This document shows positions 51,448 to 64,000 of a stretch of DNA of 64,000 nucleotides, piece after piece. The stretch is from Octopus sinensis (Eukaryota), in assembly GCF_006345805.1 (NCBI RefSeq), contig NC_043006.1, positions 20,398,001 to 20,462,000 on the forward strand, read 5' to 3'. A program made the position numbers and the translations under genes. How positions within the stretch are numbered: the stretch's first letter is position 1; every line of letters begins with the position of its first letter. Under the pieces are notes generated by a model. It worked only from the letters and a program-made list of their open reading frames with translations. It was not told where the DNA came from and made no database searches.

Positions 51448-52844
51448 CATCCGTATCAAACCACAAGTTTGATAAACAACTACAGATACAATAATTAACT
51501 CTAGATATAATAAACAGATTCAATTATCTGCTCTTACATAATTACAGATATCTATCAATAGGTGAATACCGGTATTGATTTTCATTTCTTTTCAATACAT
51601 CAGGTATTTATTGCCAAGGTTAAGTAAATCAAGACAATACACAATGTCTGTCTATCACAGCTAGCATTCCCATACGGTTCGGTACCTTGATTCCAAGCTA
51701 GCAGAACAGAGACAATAGAAAATAGGGTATTCAAACCCAAAACAATGAAACACCTGGAGCCAATTTGAACACATGACCCGTGGATTAGAGATCATCTACG
51801 CAACAATTATAGGATATAGTGACACCAACCAATTCAATAAAACGGTCTTAGATGAAAGGCCCTTTAGATAACAAAGGGTAAGTTCGAAATGTTACTGAAA
51901 TCACAATGAAAGGCTAATTAAATACTAATTAACGGATATTGATACAAACTGGTTAATGTGTAAAATCATGAACATGGTTCTTCCTTTCCATTGAAATTTG
52001 ATTTCCATTTTGAAATCCTTAGATATTTATCAAATGGCTTTATATTCACACACGTGTGCATATGTGTATGCATACACACACACACACAGTTACCATGGTG
52101 CTTGCATGCACACACACAAAACAACCAGTGTACACACACACACACACACACACAACCATCCATCAACATACCAACACACACACACAACATCCAAGATACA
52201 CACACACACACACAACTGACACTACAATCACAGTCACATGCAATTCACTCGCACACGTGCACACAGAGCCACCAAGATACACATACACACATCCTCTCCG
52301 ACTCACACACCAACCTTCATAAACACATACAACTGACACACATAAATTACCATCAACACACACACACACACACATACAGTACACATAAGCCCAGACAGGA
52401 CCTCACCAACACTGCCAGCCCCCTCCAGCAAACTATTGTATTACGATACAGTCACACATTATAGTGACTTCTAGATCTGTGAACAACATTATATTGGACA
52501 ACAACAACAACAGCAACAACATCTGATTATCTAAAATAATGTTGTCGGTCTCTTGTTCTTTCCTTGTACTTTGTATTTAGTTTTCTAATTTAGACACAAG
52601 GCCAGCAATCCTGAAGAGAAGGAGGAGGCAAGCAGATTACATCGAACCAAGCACTTGACTGGTACTTTATCTTAATTGCTCCTCTGAAAGAATGAAAGGC
52701 AAATAGGCAAATTTGACCCCCGATAAGATTTGAACTCAGAATGTAATGAACCACAATAGTACCAAAAAATTTTTATTCCTCCCTTGTGTAAGTGTGTATG
52801 TATACACATACCTGTGTATACACACACACACACACACACACACA

Positions 52845-53060
52845 CAGGGGGTGCTGAAAAGTCCCTGGTTTTAAGAGTATCATGAAAGGCCTGGTAGGAG
52901 ACCCTAGCTTTTGAGTTCTTTTATAGGGTTTAAAAAAACTTAGGACTGCTGCAAAAGTGTGTAAATAAGAGAGGGAAATATGTTGAAAAAAAATCATAAT
53001 TAACTAAACCCTCTGCTTTTTCTTTTACTCAAAGCCAGGAACTTTTCAGAACCCCTTGTA
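52845..53060 (+). mobile_element. Mariner-derived MITE
   Basis: TIRs gggggtgctgaaaagtccctgg / ccaggaacttttcagaacccc-ttgta. The interior resembles a mariner transposase C-terminus (LQKCVNKRGKYVEK). Confidence 0.75.
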
Positions 53061-53884
53061 TAGAACATGGATGTTAAAGGACATTGATGATGATAATATT
53101 TATCTATCTATCTTTTCCTCTTCCCCTTTTTTCTTCTTTTTTCATTTCTCTTTTCTTTTGTTCCTTTTCCTTTTCTTTTTCTTTTTTTTATTCTTTTTAT
53201 TTTTTATTTAATTTAATTTTTTTTTGTTTTTTGTTCTTTTCTTCCCTTTTACGATCCCTCTTGATCGAAAACCTACGCCACCCCCTTTTTTTTTTGTTTT
53301 TTCTTTTGTTTTTTTTCATCCCCCAAAAGAAAAGCTCTACCTTGTAACTTGTCCCATCTGTGTGCAGCCCTGTGTGGCCAATAAAGAAACTTATCTATCT
53401 AGCTATCTACCTAGTCTAAAAATCCATAAGCCAGAAAAAAATATGCTTTTACATATTTGTCAATAGATTGGGTATATTACTCGAAGATATTAAAGATCCG
53501 TTTCAGCTGATCCTACCAATCACTTTTGCCCTGGATATTAAATAACTGGGTATTAGATAAAAGCATGCCATACTTTTCCCATACTTCCCATCTCCGAAAT
53601 TGATATTACTTAACCATGTTGTGAGCTGATATTCAGTTATTTGATATCCAGTGGAAAAACCGATTAGCAAGATCAGGTGAAGTAGATCTATAAAGCTGTA
53701 TATTTTGGCTATTGATTAACGTGTGTAATAATTTAATGTGATGTTCAACGAAAAATTTTTTAAATACCGAGTATTAAAAGTAAAAGTGTTTGGTCTTGAA
53801 AAATAGTGTAACCTGCTACTTGTAAATCATTCTGGCAACCATAGAGATAGTAATGTTTTATAAGAGAGCACAAAGTAGTAAATA

Positions 53885-53934
<50 letters not shown>

Positions 53935-54559
53935 TCAGAGGGAGAGAGAGAGAGTCAGAGGGAGGGAGAGAGAGTCAGAGGGAGGGAGAGAGAGAGAGAG
54001 ACAGGAACAGGAGATTAGACCAACACAACTCCCTAGCATTTCTTCTCACTTTGGCACTAACCCACGAATTTGTCAAGGGAAAAGTACAGTTATCTGAACC
54101 TCAATATATGACAGGTACTAGTATAATTACAAACTTTAGTCTAATTATTAATTACTTTTATGGTAGGCATGTTCTACTTCCTGGTCCGCAAGTCTGGTGT
54201 CTACTCACTCTCTTACCGGTCTCTTTGAGCTCATTGGTCTTGTACCTTCACCATTCAGCTACCCACGACTCACTTGTGTTTCCACCCTTGTGTCTAATCC
54301 CACCATCCCTGCACCAACCACAATAGCTAGTCCTTCCTCTCAAGAATGTCATCTCTCAGCTCATGTCTTTCCTGCAAGTGTTTGACATTTTAATGGAATA
54401 TTAATGGCATCAAGCTCACTAATCTCTGAAGGCCTGCAAAGACCACAGGCACCGCCTCTTCCTCCAGGCTTTAACAGATTTATAACGGGGAAGAATAAGG
54501 TAAAGTTAATCAAACTGGTGCTTGTGTTATCAACTTTGAAGAAATGAAGGGTTGGCGAA

Positions 54560-54800
54560 GATATTAAGCGACTAGAATCCTTCGATCACCTCTGTTTGCG
54601 CCAAATCTTTCATGTGCGATGGCATCACTTTGTCTCCAACAATTCGGTGCGACACCAGTGCAGAACCACATACTGAATGTATGTACTTTTGCTTGTATGC
54701 TAGCAGGCTGTGATTCGGAGTGATGGAGATGACACCACCAAAGTGCAAGATGACATAATCTCCACCTTGCCAAATCACAGCAATCTGGCAAACAAGCAAG
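54560..54800 (+). mobile_element. RTE-clade LINE ORF remnant (post-RT region)
   Basis: EDIKRLESFDHLCLRQIFHVRWHHFVSNNSVRHQC fits the pattern RLE.FD.RCLR.IL.IRW...VSN..VR. Confidence 0.75.
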
Positions 54801-54868
54801 GCACATACATTCCCTATGAGTGCTCAATAATATTTACAACACTAGCACTGCTTCCAATTCATATATGG

Positions 54869-54896
<28 letters not shown>

Positions 54897-54899
<3 letters not shown>

Positions 54900-55123
54900 G
54901 GCGAGCTGGCAGACACGTTAGCACGCCGGGCGAAATGCGTAGCCGTATTTCGTCTGCGTTACATTCTGAGTTCAAATTCCGCCGAGGTCGACTTTGCCTT
55001 TCATCCTTTCGGAGTAGATAAATTAAGTACCAGTTACGCACTGGGGTCGATATAATCGACTTAATCCCTTTGCCTGTCCTTGTTTGTCCCCTCTGTGTTT
55101 AGCCCCTTGTGGGTAGTAAAGAA
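54897..55123 (+). mobile_element. Young SINE C inserted in (TA)n
   Basis: aaggtggcgagctggcagacacgttagcacgccggg...gtagtaaagaaata, flanked by TA repeats. Confidence 0.9.
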
Positions 55124-55172
<49 letters not shown>

Positions 55173-55657
55173 CATATCCTGTAGAAATCAATTTGCAACA
55201 GTTTAAGTGGAATATTAATGGAATCAATTTCATTGATATATTAGGTCTGTGAAGTCCAAGAACAACTTCCCTTCTACCAGACCAGACCAAATCAGGCCAA
55301 ACAAATAATATATACATATGTTATGGAACTTTCATCTGGAAATTTCAAAAACTAATTCTTAAAAGGAATAAACAGTCACACACACACACACACACACACA
55401 GGCAACATGTTCAATGTTAGAGAAATAGTAAAAGTTGAAAACATCATTTTGAGAAAGAAATGGGAAGGAAAGGGGGGGGGGGACGAGTGGGACATAAATT
55501 TAGTAAAAAGTAAAGAACAGGAAAAAAAAAAGGAAAAAAAAAGCAAGAAATAAATAACTGTAAAAGAGCATTCAAAGAATTCTTTTTATTTTAACTGAAA
55601 GGATTACATCGGAAGATTAGATTACTATGGGACTGTGGAGTGACAAATATGTTTCTA

Positions 55658-55691
<34 letters not shown>

Positions 55692-55708
55692 TATGTATTG
55701 TCTGTCTG

Positions 55709-55740
<32 letters not shown>

Positions 55741-55849
55741 CCTACCTACCTATCTTTCTGTGTCTGTCTGTTTGCCTGTCTGCCACGCTATCTGTCCGCC
55801 CAAATATACATAGTTGCATGTCTATCTTTGTGTGTGCAGCTCTCTCTCT

Positions 55850-55854
55850 TCCTG

Positions 55855-55913
<59 letters not shown>

Positions 55914-56206
55914 ATGTATATATATATATATGTATATATAAATATGTGTATGTGTATATATATGTGTGTATATATATATATGTATATATATATGTGTGTG
56001 TGTATATATGTATATATATATGTCTGTGTATATATATATATGTATGTATGTATATATATATAAAACCACAAGTGTATTTAGCTTTGCCTGTATATACGTG
56101 TTTGTGTATGTATGTATATATATATATATATACACACACACATACACACATGTTAATCTATTTGTGTATAAAGAGAAAGAGAAACACGCGTATTTATGCA
56201 TGCATC

Positions 56207-56240
<34 letters not shown>
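55850..56240. repeat. Compound (CA)n/(TA)n/(TG)n microsatellite
   Basis: Simple-repeat tract; similar tracts at 8110-8370, 28360-28870 and 57480-57695. Confidence 0.9.
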
Positions 56241-56244
<4 letters not shown>

Positions 56245-56473
56245 CTTTAATCATCAGAATTTGGGAAATATTGAATTACTAGTAAACGTCATGGGAACGG
56301 AATAAGGAATGCTTTACATTTGCAGCAAATTCACACTGGGAACCAACGGTTTTTTTGTTTTTTACCTCGTATATTATTTTTTTTTTTTTCATGACTTCTA
56401 CAAAAAAAATTACTTGAAACTAATAATAAAGCCGAAACACTCGCATGCATGAATGTATGCAGTGCGTGCGCAT

Positions 56474-56885
56474 ACTCTTTTATACTCTTTTACTTGTTTC
56501 AGTCATTTGACTGCGGCCATGCTGGAGCACCGCCTTTTTAATCGAGCAAATCGACCCCCGGGACTTATTCTTTTGCAAGCCCAGTACTTATTCTATCGGT
56601 CTCTTTTGCTGAACCGCTAAGTGACGGGGACGTAAACACACCAGCATCGGTTGTCAAGCAATGCTAGGGGGACAAACACAGACACACAAACACACACATA
56701 TATATATATATATATATACATATATACGACAGGCTTCTTTCAGTTTCCGTCTACCAAATCCACTCACAAGGCATTGGTCAGCCCGGGGCTATAGCAGAAG
56801 ACACTTGCCCAAGATGCCACGCAGTGGGACTGAACCCAGAACCATGTGGTTGGTTAGCAAGCTACTTACCACACAGCCACTCCTG
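56474..56885 (-). mobile_element. SINE family A, young full-length copy
   Basis: High identity to 7150-7534 and 58259-58587. Confidence 0.9.
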
Positions 56886-57490
56886 GTTCACCATTTGTAA
56901 ATATGTATGTTATGAACAAACTCAATAGGATTCAATACAAGCAGTAGGTTTACTTCATTTATGTTTTCCACTGCTCTCAGCCTGTGGAGTGTGGCCATGC
57001 TGGAGTACCAACTCAAAGGGTTTAGTCAGTTATAATGTCTTCACTTACTCGGCATCCAGCACTTATCGTTTAAAACCTGATACTTTATTCAATCGTTATC
57101 CATTTGTTGCACTGCTAAGTTAAGTGTCTGAAGCCAATAAAAGAGATTTATATGATCTGATACTATGTGCTAGATTAGAAGAATCTAGAAATAAAATAAA
57201 ATAAATACAAGAAAGAGAGACTCAATTATAAGGGGTCTCTGTTGAGTAAACCTAATCATTTAGGTATTTTTAACACACTGCTTCTGTGATTCCCAATGAA
57301 AACATTTCTCAGTGGAAACTGTTTTGTTATTCCTCCTATAGAATTAACATATCCTGTTGTATAAACATACTTATCAGCCCTATCTAGAGATAAGCCTTAA
57401 CTTCCAGCATCTATACTTACATGATACAGGGTATAGACTTTAGTCTCTATTTAGATTCAGTGGATTCTAAGGTATCCGTGTATATTTATA

Positions 57491-57549
<59 letters not shown>

Positions 57550-57610
57550 ATATTTATATATGTATGTATATTTATATATGTATATGTATGTATATTATGT
57601 ATATATATAT

Positions 57611-57653
<43 letters not shown>

Positions 57654-58258
57654 ATTTATATATATATATATGTGTGTGTATATATATATATAAACTAACA
57701 TACATAAATATAACCTACTCACTCAAGGAATGTCACGCATCCAGAGATAATTAAATATGTACAAATATGTGTGTGTGTGTGTGTAAACATTTAAGAAAGC
57801 AAAGTTCCAGATAAAAAATAAAAAAAAGATTCTTTGTTTACTTGTGTATGATGTGAGAAACTTAATACAAAACTTCAGGGCCAATATTATGGGTAGGGGA
57901 ACATATTTCAGAGAAGAAAATATCCAAGGTGGGTGGGGAGCAGATAAGATATATTGTTAATTTCTATGTACAAAAAGTAGGGGTTGCATTATATTTGAGC
58001 ATACATAGTGCTAAAGTAAATAAGGTTAGTTGAATGCATGAGTTTTTTGGGGTTTTTTTTTTTTGGATTGGCACGACTGCTAGAGGATGAGAAAAAAATT
58101 TTTTGTGGTATTTATTCTGGCTCTTTGCTTTCCAAGATCAAATCATGCCACAGTCAACTTTGCCTTTCATACTTTCAGAATTGATGAAATAAGTATCAGT
58201 CAGTTGGGATCAACAGTATTGACTCTCTGTACTTGCCTCAGTCATTTGACTACGGCCG

Positions 58259-58587
58259 TGTTTTCTGCTATAGCCCCGGGCCGACCAATGCCTTGTGAGT
58301 GGATTTTTAGACGGAAACTGAAAGAAGCCTGTCGTATATATGTATATATATATATATATGTATGTGTGTGTTTGTCTGTGTTTGTCCCCCTAGCATTGCT
58401 TGACAACCGATGCTGGTGTGTTTACGTCCCCGTCACTTAGCGGTTCGGCAAAAGAGACCGATAGAATAAGTACTGGGCTTACAAAAGAATAAGTCCCGGG
58501 GTCGAGTTGCTCGGTTAAAAAGGCGGTGCTCCAGCATGGCCGCAGTCAAATGACTGAAACAAGTAAAAGAGTAAAAGAGTAAGAGTA
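58259..58587 (+). mobile_element. SINE family A, 5'-truncated
   Basis: Starts in the CORE-like region; tail gtaaaagagtaaaagagtaagagt. Confidence 0.88.
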
Positions 58588-59083
58588 TGGTTTAAGCATC
58601 ATCAAGAGAAAAGCAATGCTCATGGCCATTGCAGGGCCCTCGAAGACAGCTACAACTGATAATGATAAATCTCAGTTTGTACATCTGACAAATGGAAATC
58701 AAGAGGAAGGATGTGGTAAGTTGAAAACAGCATAAAGGAAAGTCTGATTGAGAATGTGTGTATATATATGTGTATATATGTGTGTGTGTGTGTGTGTGTT
58801 TTGAGAGTGGGGTTGGTAATGACTGACATAAGGTTTTAATTCAAATGCTAACGATTAAATTTCATCTAGTTTCTAATGCTGAGTTTCTAAGCTGCCGTGT
58901 CAAAAGTAAATGAGGACATTCTCGGCAGAGAAGGCCTGGTAGATTCTAAAAAGACTGCATAGGAAATCTTGAATGATCTGAGACTTGCTCACTAGAAAGT
59001 CAGTCAGAGTTGGTTAAAGGAGCTACAACAGGAAGAACCAAACACACACACACAAAGAGAAACAATCACCATCTAAATATACC

Positions 59084-59495
59084 TATTTCTTTATTACCCA
59101 CAAGGGGCTAAACACAGAGGGGACAAACAAGGACAGACATAGGTATTAAGTCAATTACATCGACCCCAGTGCGTAACTGGCACTTAATTTATCGACCCCG
59201 AAAGGATGAAAGGCAAAGTCGACTTCGGCGGAATTTGAACTCACAGCGTAATGGCAGATGAAATACCTATTTCTTTACTACCCACAAGGGGCTAAACACA
59301 GAGGGGACAAACAAGGACAGACATAGGTATTAAGTCGATTACATCGACCCCAGTGCGTAACTGGCACTTAATTTATCGACCCCGAAAGGATGAAAGGCAA
59401 AGTCGACCTCGGCGGAATTTGAACTCACAGCGTAATGGCAGACGAAATACCGCTAAAGCATTTCGCCCGGCGTGCTAACGATTCTGCCAGCTCAC
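59084..59495 (-). mobile_element. SINE C dimer (one head, two bodies) with 8-bp TSD
   Basis: AATATACC at 59076-83 and 59496-503; period 184; junction gaaatacctatttcttta. Confidence 0.9.
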
Positions 59496-61459
59496 AATAT
59501 ACCACCACCACCGCTACTACTCTTATCAATAATTATACCTTAGAAATTAAATAAATATATAAAAGCATAAGAAAATTGTAAAAATATAGAATTAGAAAGA
59601 ATGAAGTATTAGAACCGAAAGTAACCAATCTCATTGAGTGGGCGAAGAAAGGTAAGAATTTGTTGAGACAGAAGACATTGTTTAAAGTTTGAGGGTATGT
59701 AATAATATGATTGATGGTGGTGGTGGGGGAGATGGGGGTGGCAACGAGAGAGAAAGGAGAGAGAGAGAGAGGCAGACAGAGAAAGAGAGGAATGACGCAT
59801 AATTGTGTACTGGGCTCAGAGGAATTTGGAAGTGAAGATTATAGGTTAATGACTGCCAATAAGGATATCTGGTTTGGTGCTAGTAAGAAATGGAAAAGAA
59901 AATAATACTATTTCCTTCCACTTGCTACAAAATAGAATTAAAAAAAAACAACCCCAAAAAAAACAAGCACACACACACACACACATACGAAGAAAACAAA
60001 TAAGCAAGCCACAATAAAAGCAGCAACAATAATGCCTGGAATAATTAGCGTTCGTTAATATTAGAGTCAAGGCAACAAAGACTTACTGCAAGAAAAAAGA
60101 GAGGTAGTTGGAGAAGGGGTGAGGGTACAATGGGCAATTTGTGATAAATACTAGTATACAGTTTGCCCTCGCACAACCTGTATGAAGTTACACCAGACTT
60201 CAAATGATTTTCAGCTTTCAGCCTTATTACTTCAAATAGACACAGAAGTGTAAACACCACATTTAACGCAGACACAAAGATTGCAAACACCCAACTGAGG
60301 TACAGACGCATAAAACTGCAAAGCATTAACACAGACTCACAACTAACCAATACCAATACCAAGCCGCATGCAAATAAATGATTGGCTGTGACACAGCAGT
60401 TAACTAATAGAATTTGTTTGATATATTTATTAGAAATAAATCAATTGAATAGAAACAGTACAAAAAAAGCAAGCCGGTCTTCTGAGAGAAGAATACGGTT
60501 GTTATAACACAGAACTAGATGAATCATACAAAAACTTCTACTTTTATATTAGCTTAAATTATTACCATTATTACATTTTTTTTTTTTTTTTTGTCTTTTA
60601 CACGAATATGTTGACATGGTTTTTTGAAATGCATAACAAAACCATGAATAGAATAATGGTAGAACCAATTCCAAACTTCCAAGCACTGTCATTTTATCTT
60701 TGTTATTATGCATACCAGCATAATATTATTATTTGGTGGATCTCTTTCCTTTTATCGACTCCTGTCGCTAGATGTTTCAGCTGTTTTCAAAAGAACGAAT
60801 TGTCTAAAAGAACTGTTTAAACCACATCTAACTACTTTGTGCTACCTTTCAAATATATATATATATCTATATACATTCACATACATGCATGTGCACCTCC
60901 TCTTTTTGGGATCACCAAGAATTATCTCGCCTTCATTGAATCTCTCTTTATTATTGTCTCCCTTTCAGTCAACCTCTTTTTTATCAATCATTCGCCATGT
61001 TGGACCACTGAACTCAACACATTTTTTTTTTCATTCTCTCTATGTTCATTTCCACTTATTCCCTTCTGCCAAAGAGCGTAGGCTCGAAATGTAAAACACA
61101 TCCATTTTTCCTAAGTGTCAAACAAACACACTTGATTGTGGTTCCTATACCTTTCTTCACCTTTGTTTATTCTATAAATTTGAACTATATGTATATAAAA
61201 TGACTACAGATGTTATTTCTTGACTCAAGAAAATAAGCTTCAAAGCGAAGGCAACAGAGAAGAGTTCTAGCAAGATCTTGTCAACAAAAACTCCATGTGG
61301 TTTAAATGCACAATACATCTCAGATATCCAAGTGGGTAAATAGTATCAGAAGAAGGGCGCTCATGAGTAATGACCTAGATGCAACCCTACCCACTAACAG
61401 TTAAAGGCCAAAACATTTAAGCACACAGAGTTCTGTTTTTGATTTGACGGTCATTCAGA

Positions 61460-62035
61460 ATGCTCACAGCAGCTATATTCCTACTGCTCTACGTCACACT
61501 GGTGAGACCCATATTGGAGTACGGGATTCAAGCCTCTTCTCTTTATCTCCTCAAAGACATACATCATCTCGAAAGAGTCCAGAAGCTGGCTACCTACATG
61601 GTTCTTGGTCTCAAGCATTTGTCTTATGAAGAAAGACTGAAGACGCTCAACCTTTATTCTCTCGAAAAACGCCGCCGCTGTGGTGATCTCATTCTCGCTC
61701 ACAACATCATAAGTGGAAAGTGTAACCTCTCGAAAGAGCTGTTCTTCACTCCTGCTCCAGAGCGTGGGCTGCGGGGTCACTCCGAAAAGCTCTATCGGCA
61801 ACGATTTCATCTCAATCGAAGGAGAGGGCTTTCTCCGTCCAGGTTGCGGATCCATGGAATAAGCTGCCAGGCAAGAAAGTGAAGATGCCGACGACCGATC
61901 AGTTCAAAGTCTCTCTTGACCAGAAATGGCCTGAACTCTTTGTATGACCACCCTCCCTGTACATAACTCCCTGTCCCCCTACACAGCCTTGCTTTTGCTT
62001 TTTGAGCCAATAAAAATTAAATTGAATTGAATTTG
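61460..62035 (+). mobile_element. CR1-clade LINE 3' end
   Basis: LYVTLVRPILEYGIQASS...LERVQKLAT...LSYEERLKTLNLYSLEKRRRCGDLI...LRGHSEKL...DPWNKLP; one frameshift; AATAAA plus (ATTGA)n tail. Confidence 0.92.
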
Positions 62036-63030
62036 CCTAAGTAGAATTTCTTTTCAGAAGACCTTCTGCTATTAAGCACTCCCAAGAGTTTCTTACCACT
62101 ATGTATGTGTGTGTGTGTATGTGTAAACATTTACATTATGTATATGTGTATTTCTGTATAACATTCCTACCAATTGATAGAACGACCAACTCAAAATCTA
62201 ATAGAGTCTTGCTAGCTTGATTATCCCATAACAGGCTTAACCAGTTAAGATAAACTTGTAATATGCTATTTGTCATAATCCTGGGAGCAAAATTTCTTTA
62301 ACCTCATCAATCTTATCAAACTGAACATCAGCCCTTTAATCTCACCAGTTTTGAGAGTGGTGCAACAAAGTCTGTGGCTAGTTTTCTGAATCTTCTCTCA
62401 AATAATCAATAAATGATAAAAAGGGAAAAAAAGTAGTTTCTCTCTTCATGTTCGATGTTCAAAGCTCACACAAGTCAATTTTGACTTTCATTCCTCTGGG
62501 AATCAATAAAAGAATAGAATAGAAATGCTATTCTGGAAGGAGAGGGGGAGAGAGAAAAGGAGAAGAGGGGACATTTAAAAAATGGTCTTCAGCTTTTTGT
62601 CGTTATATTTTTTTTGCTGAAATATGCAGCTTCTGTTGAAATTAATTTTTTAAAATAACAAAGAATATAATAAAATAACATTTTTCTTATTATTATTAAG
62701 CTGGTGTTTGGAACATACGTTATCATGAAATTATGGTGGAAGTTTTTAATTTAGAGCTCTTAAAGCCATGAAGTTTGTGTAAAAAAAACCCAGAGGCAAT
62801 CTCAGGCAGGTTAGCTTCAGAAAAGTTAAAACAGCACCCAAGGCTGGAAGTACAATTTATTTTCAAGATTCCATTAACTATAAATAAGGTCTCCCAATTC
62901 ATGGAGGTTACAAAATGATTCAAAAACAGAAGCATTTAACAGTTCCTCATCTCACTTTCTTTCTTCCTTTTAGTTTTTTTTTGTTTGTTTTGTTTCCATT
63001 TATTCTTTTGTATAATGGTTATTATATACC

Positions 63031-63247
63031 TATTTCTTTACTACCCACAAGGGGCTAAACACAGAGAGGACAAACAAGGACAGACAAACGGATTAAGTCG
63101 ATTATATCGACCCCCAGTGCGTAACTGGTACTTATTTAATCAACCCTGAAAGGATGAAAGGCAAAGTCGACCTCGGCGGAATTTGAACTCAGAACGTAGA
63201 GGCAGACGAAATACTGCTAAGCATTTCGCCCGGCGTGCTAACGTTTC
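63031..63247 (-). mobile_element. Young SINE C, slightly 5'-truncated
   Basis: The tail abuts ggtatataa on the minus strand. Confidence 0.88.
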
Positions 63248-63274
63248 TGCCTTCGTCAGTCTGTCATGGCAAGT

Positions 63275-63490
63275 GTGTGTCTCCTTCCCTTAAGATTGTA
63301 TGACTGTTGTAAGTGATTATCATTCGTTTCCAATATTCTGCAAAATATTCCTATGAAGAAATATCACCTTTCTGGAAACAGGTAAAGATTGGTGACAGGA
63401 AAGGCATTCAGCCATAGAAAATCTTTCCCAATATACTTCATTCAACCCAAGGAAGCATAGAAAAGTGGATGCTAAAATGAAGACGATGGT
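63275..63490 (+). mobile_element. Second RTE-tail-like family (…tggaaacagg…gacaggaagggcat…gaaaagtgga…gatgatg), diverged
   Basis: Related fragments at about 7828-8070 (-), 13860-13950, 22440-22560, 23185-23280 and 37720-37935. Confidence 0.6.
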
Positions 63491-64000
63491 AATGCTCTAC
63501 TGGAATTGATTCTTCTCTCTGTCTCTCTGGGAGAAATCAATTGCAGAGTCAAAGAAGGATAAGCGTCACCAAGTCTAAAAGCATCCAAGACATGCCACAC
63601 ATCACAATGGCACTCCTATGACATCACCGAGCAATGTGGGCCCAGGGCGAAGCAAAGCATTTCAATCTTACAACTATCAACTCGTAGCCTAATCAAAATA
63701 TATCAATGCTGAATGACCTCTCGGAAGTACAAGACAGATACTTCACATAGTGATGGCAACTCAATAAACGTTTAACTTCTTTATCCACCACTTGAACGCA
63801 ATATTGCTCTGGTGAATAATGATATGAAGTGCAGCTGTAAACAGATTAACAAAGGCTTCGACAGAGAATGTAGGTTGTGTTAATAAATCTTCAGGAAAGT
63901 AATCTGTCATAAGAAGCTGTTAGTTGGCTGTATAATTAGTCAATTGATGGAATAATTCCTTACAGATACACACTGTGTGTCTTATCTGTGAGAGTCTGCT

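Noticed and set aside
54216-54375. Minus-strand segment with cag| acceptor and CCG|gtaaga donor
   Set aside because: Stops in all three frames; lies among LINE debris.
58610-58720. Plus-strand short ORF ending at GTG|GTAAGT
   Set aside because: Isolated, antisense to MAST, no recognisable homology or partner exon.
61065-61095. Second hammerhead-like motif (gagcgtaggctcgaaatgta)
   Set aside because: The CUGANGA core is missing; possibly an old PLE terminal remnant but not supportable.

Overview
AT-rich, microsatellite- and SINE-dense eukaryotic DNA. The repeat families point to an octopus (coleoid cephalopod) genome; this is inferred, not database-checked. The window appears to lie within the 5' part of a minus-strand MAST-family kinase gene (microtubule-associated Ser/Thr kinase, MAST1-4/Drosophila drop-out type). 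Three GT-AG exons (51032-50813, 36847-36759 and a 29-nt microexon at 35638-35610) splice in frame to ...RRLQRTLSEET...S|ISSNTESTNLLRMHNSVLGQSAPSLSASM|KDLSLTRKG. This matches the MAST N-terminal motif NLVRMRNxxLGQSAPSL...KELSLPRRG as I recall it. The rest is intron, filled with three tRNA-derived SINE families, RTE, CR1, R4/Dong-type and Penelope-like retroelement remnants, TTAA (piggyBac-like) and mariner MITEs, two non-autonomous Helitrons and many simple repeats. The most striking structure is a ~4 kb, 21-unit head-to-tail array of a 187-bp SINE body (44.2-48.2 kb) with higher-order structure. A dimer with the same junction and GGTAT-starting target-site duplications elsewhere in the window suggest a route from SINE insertion to satellite. 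Nearly all long ORFs in the supplied track are microsatellite artefacts. Repeat boundaries are approximate unless stated otherwise.
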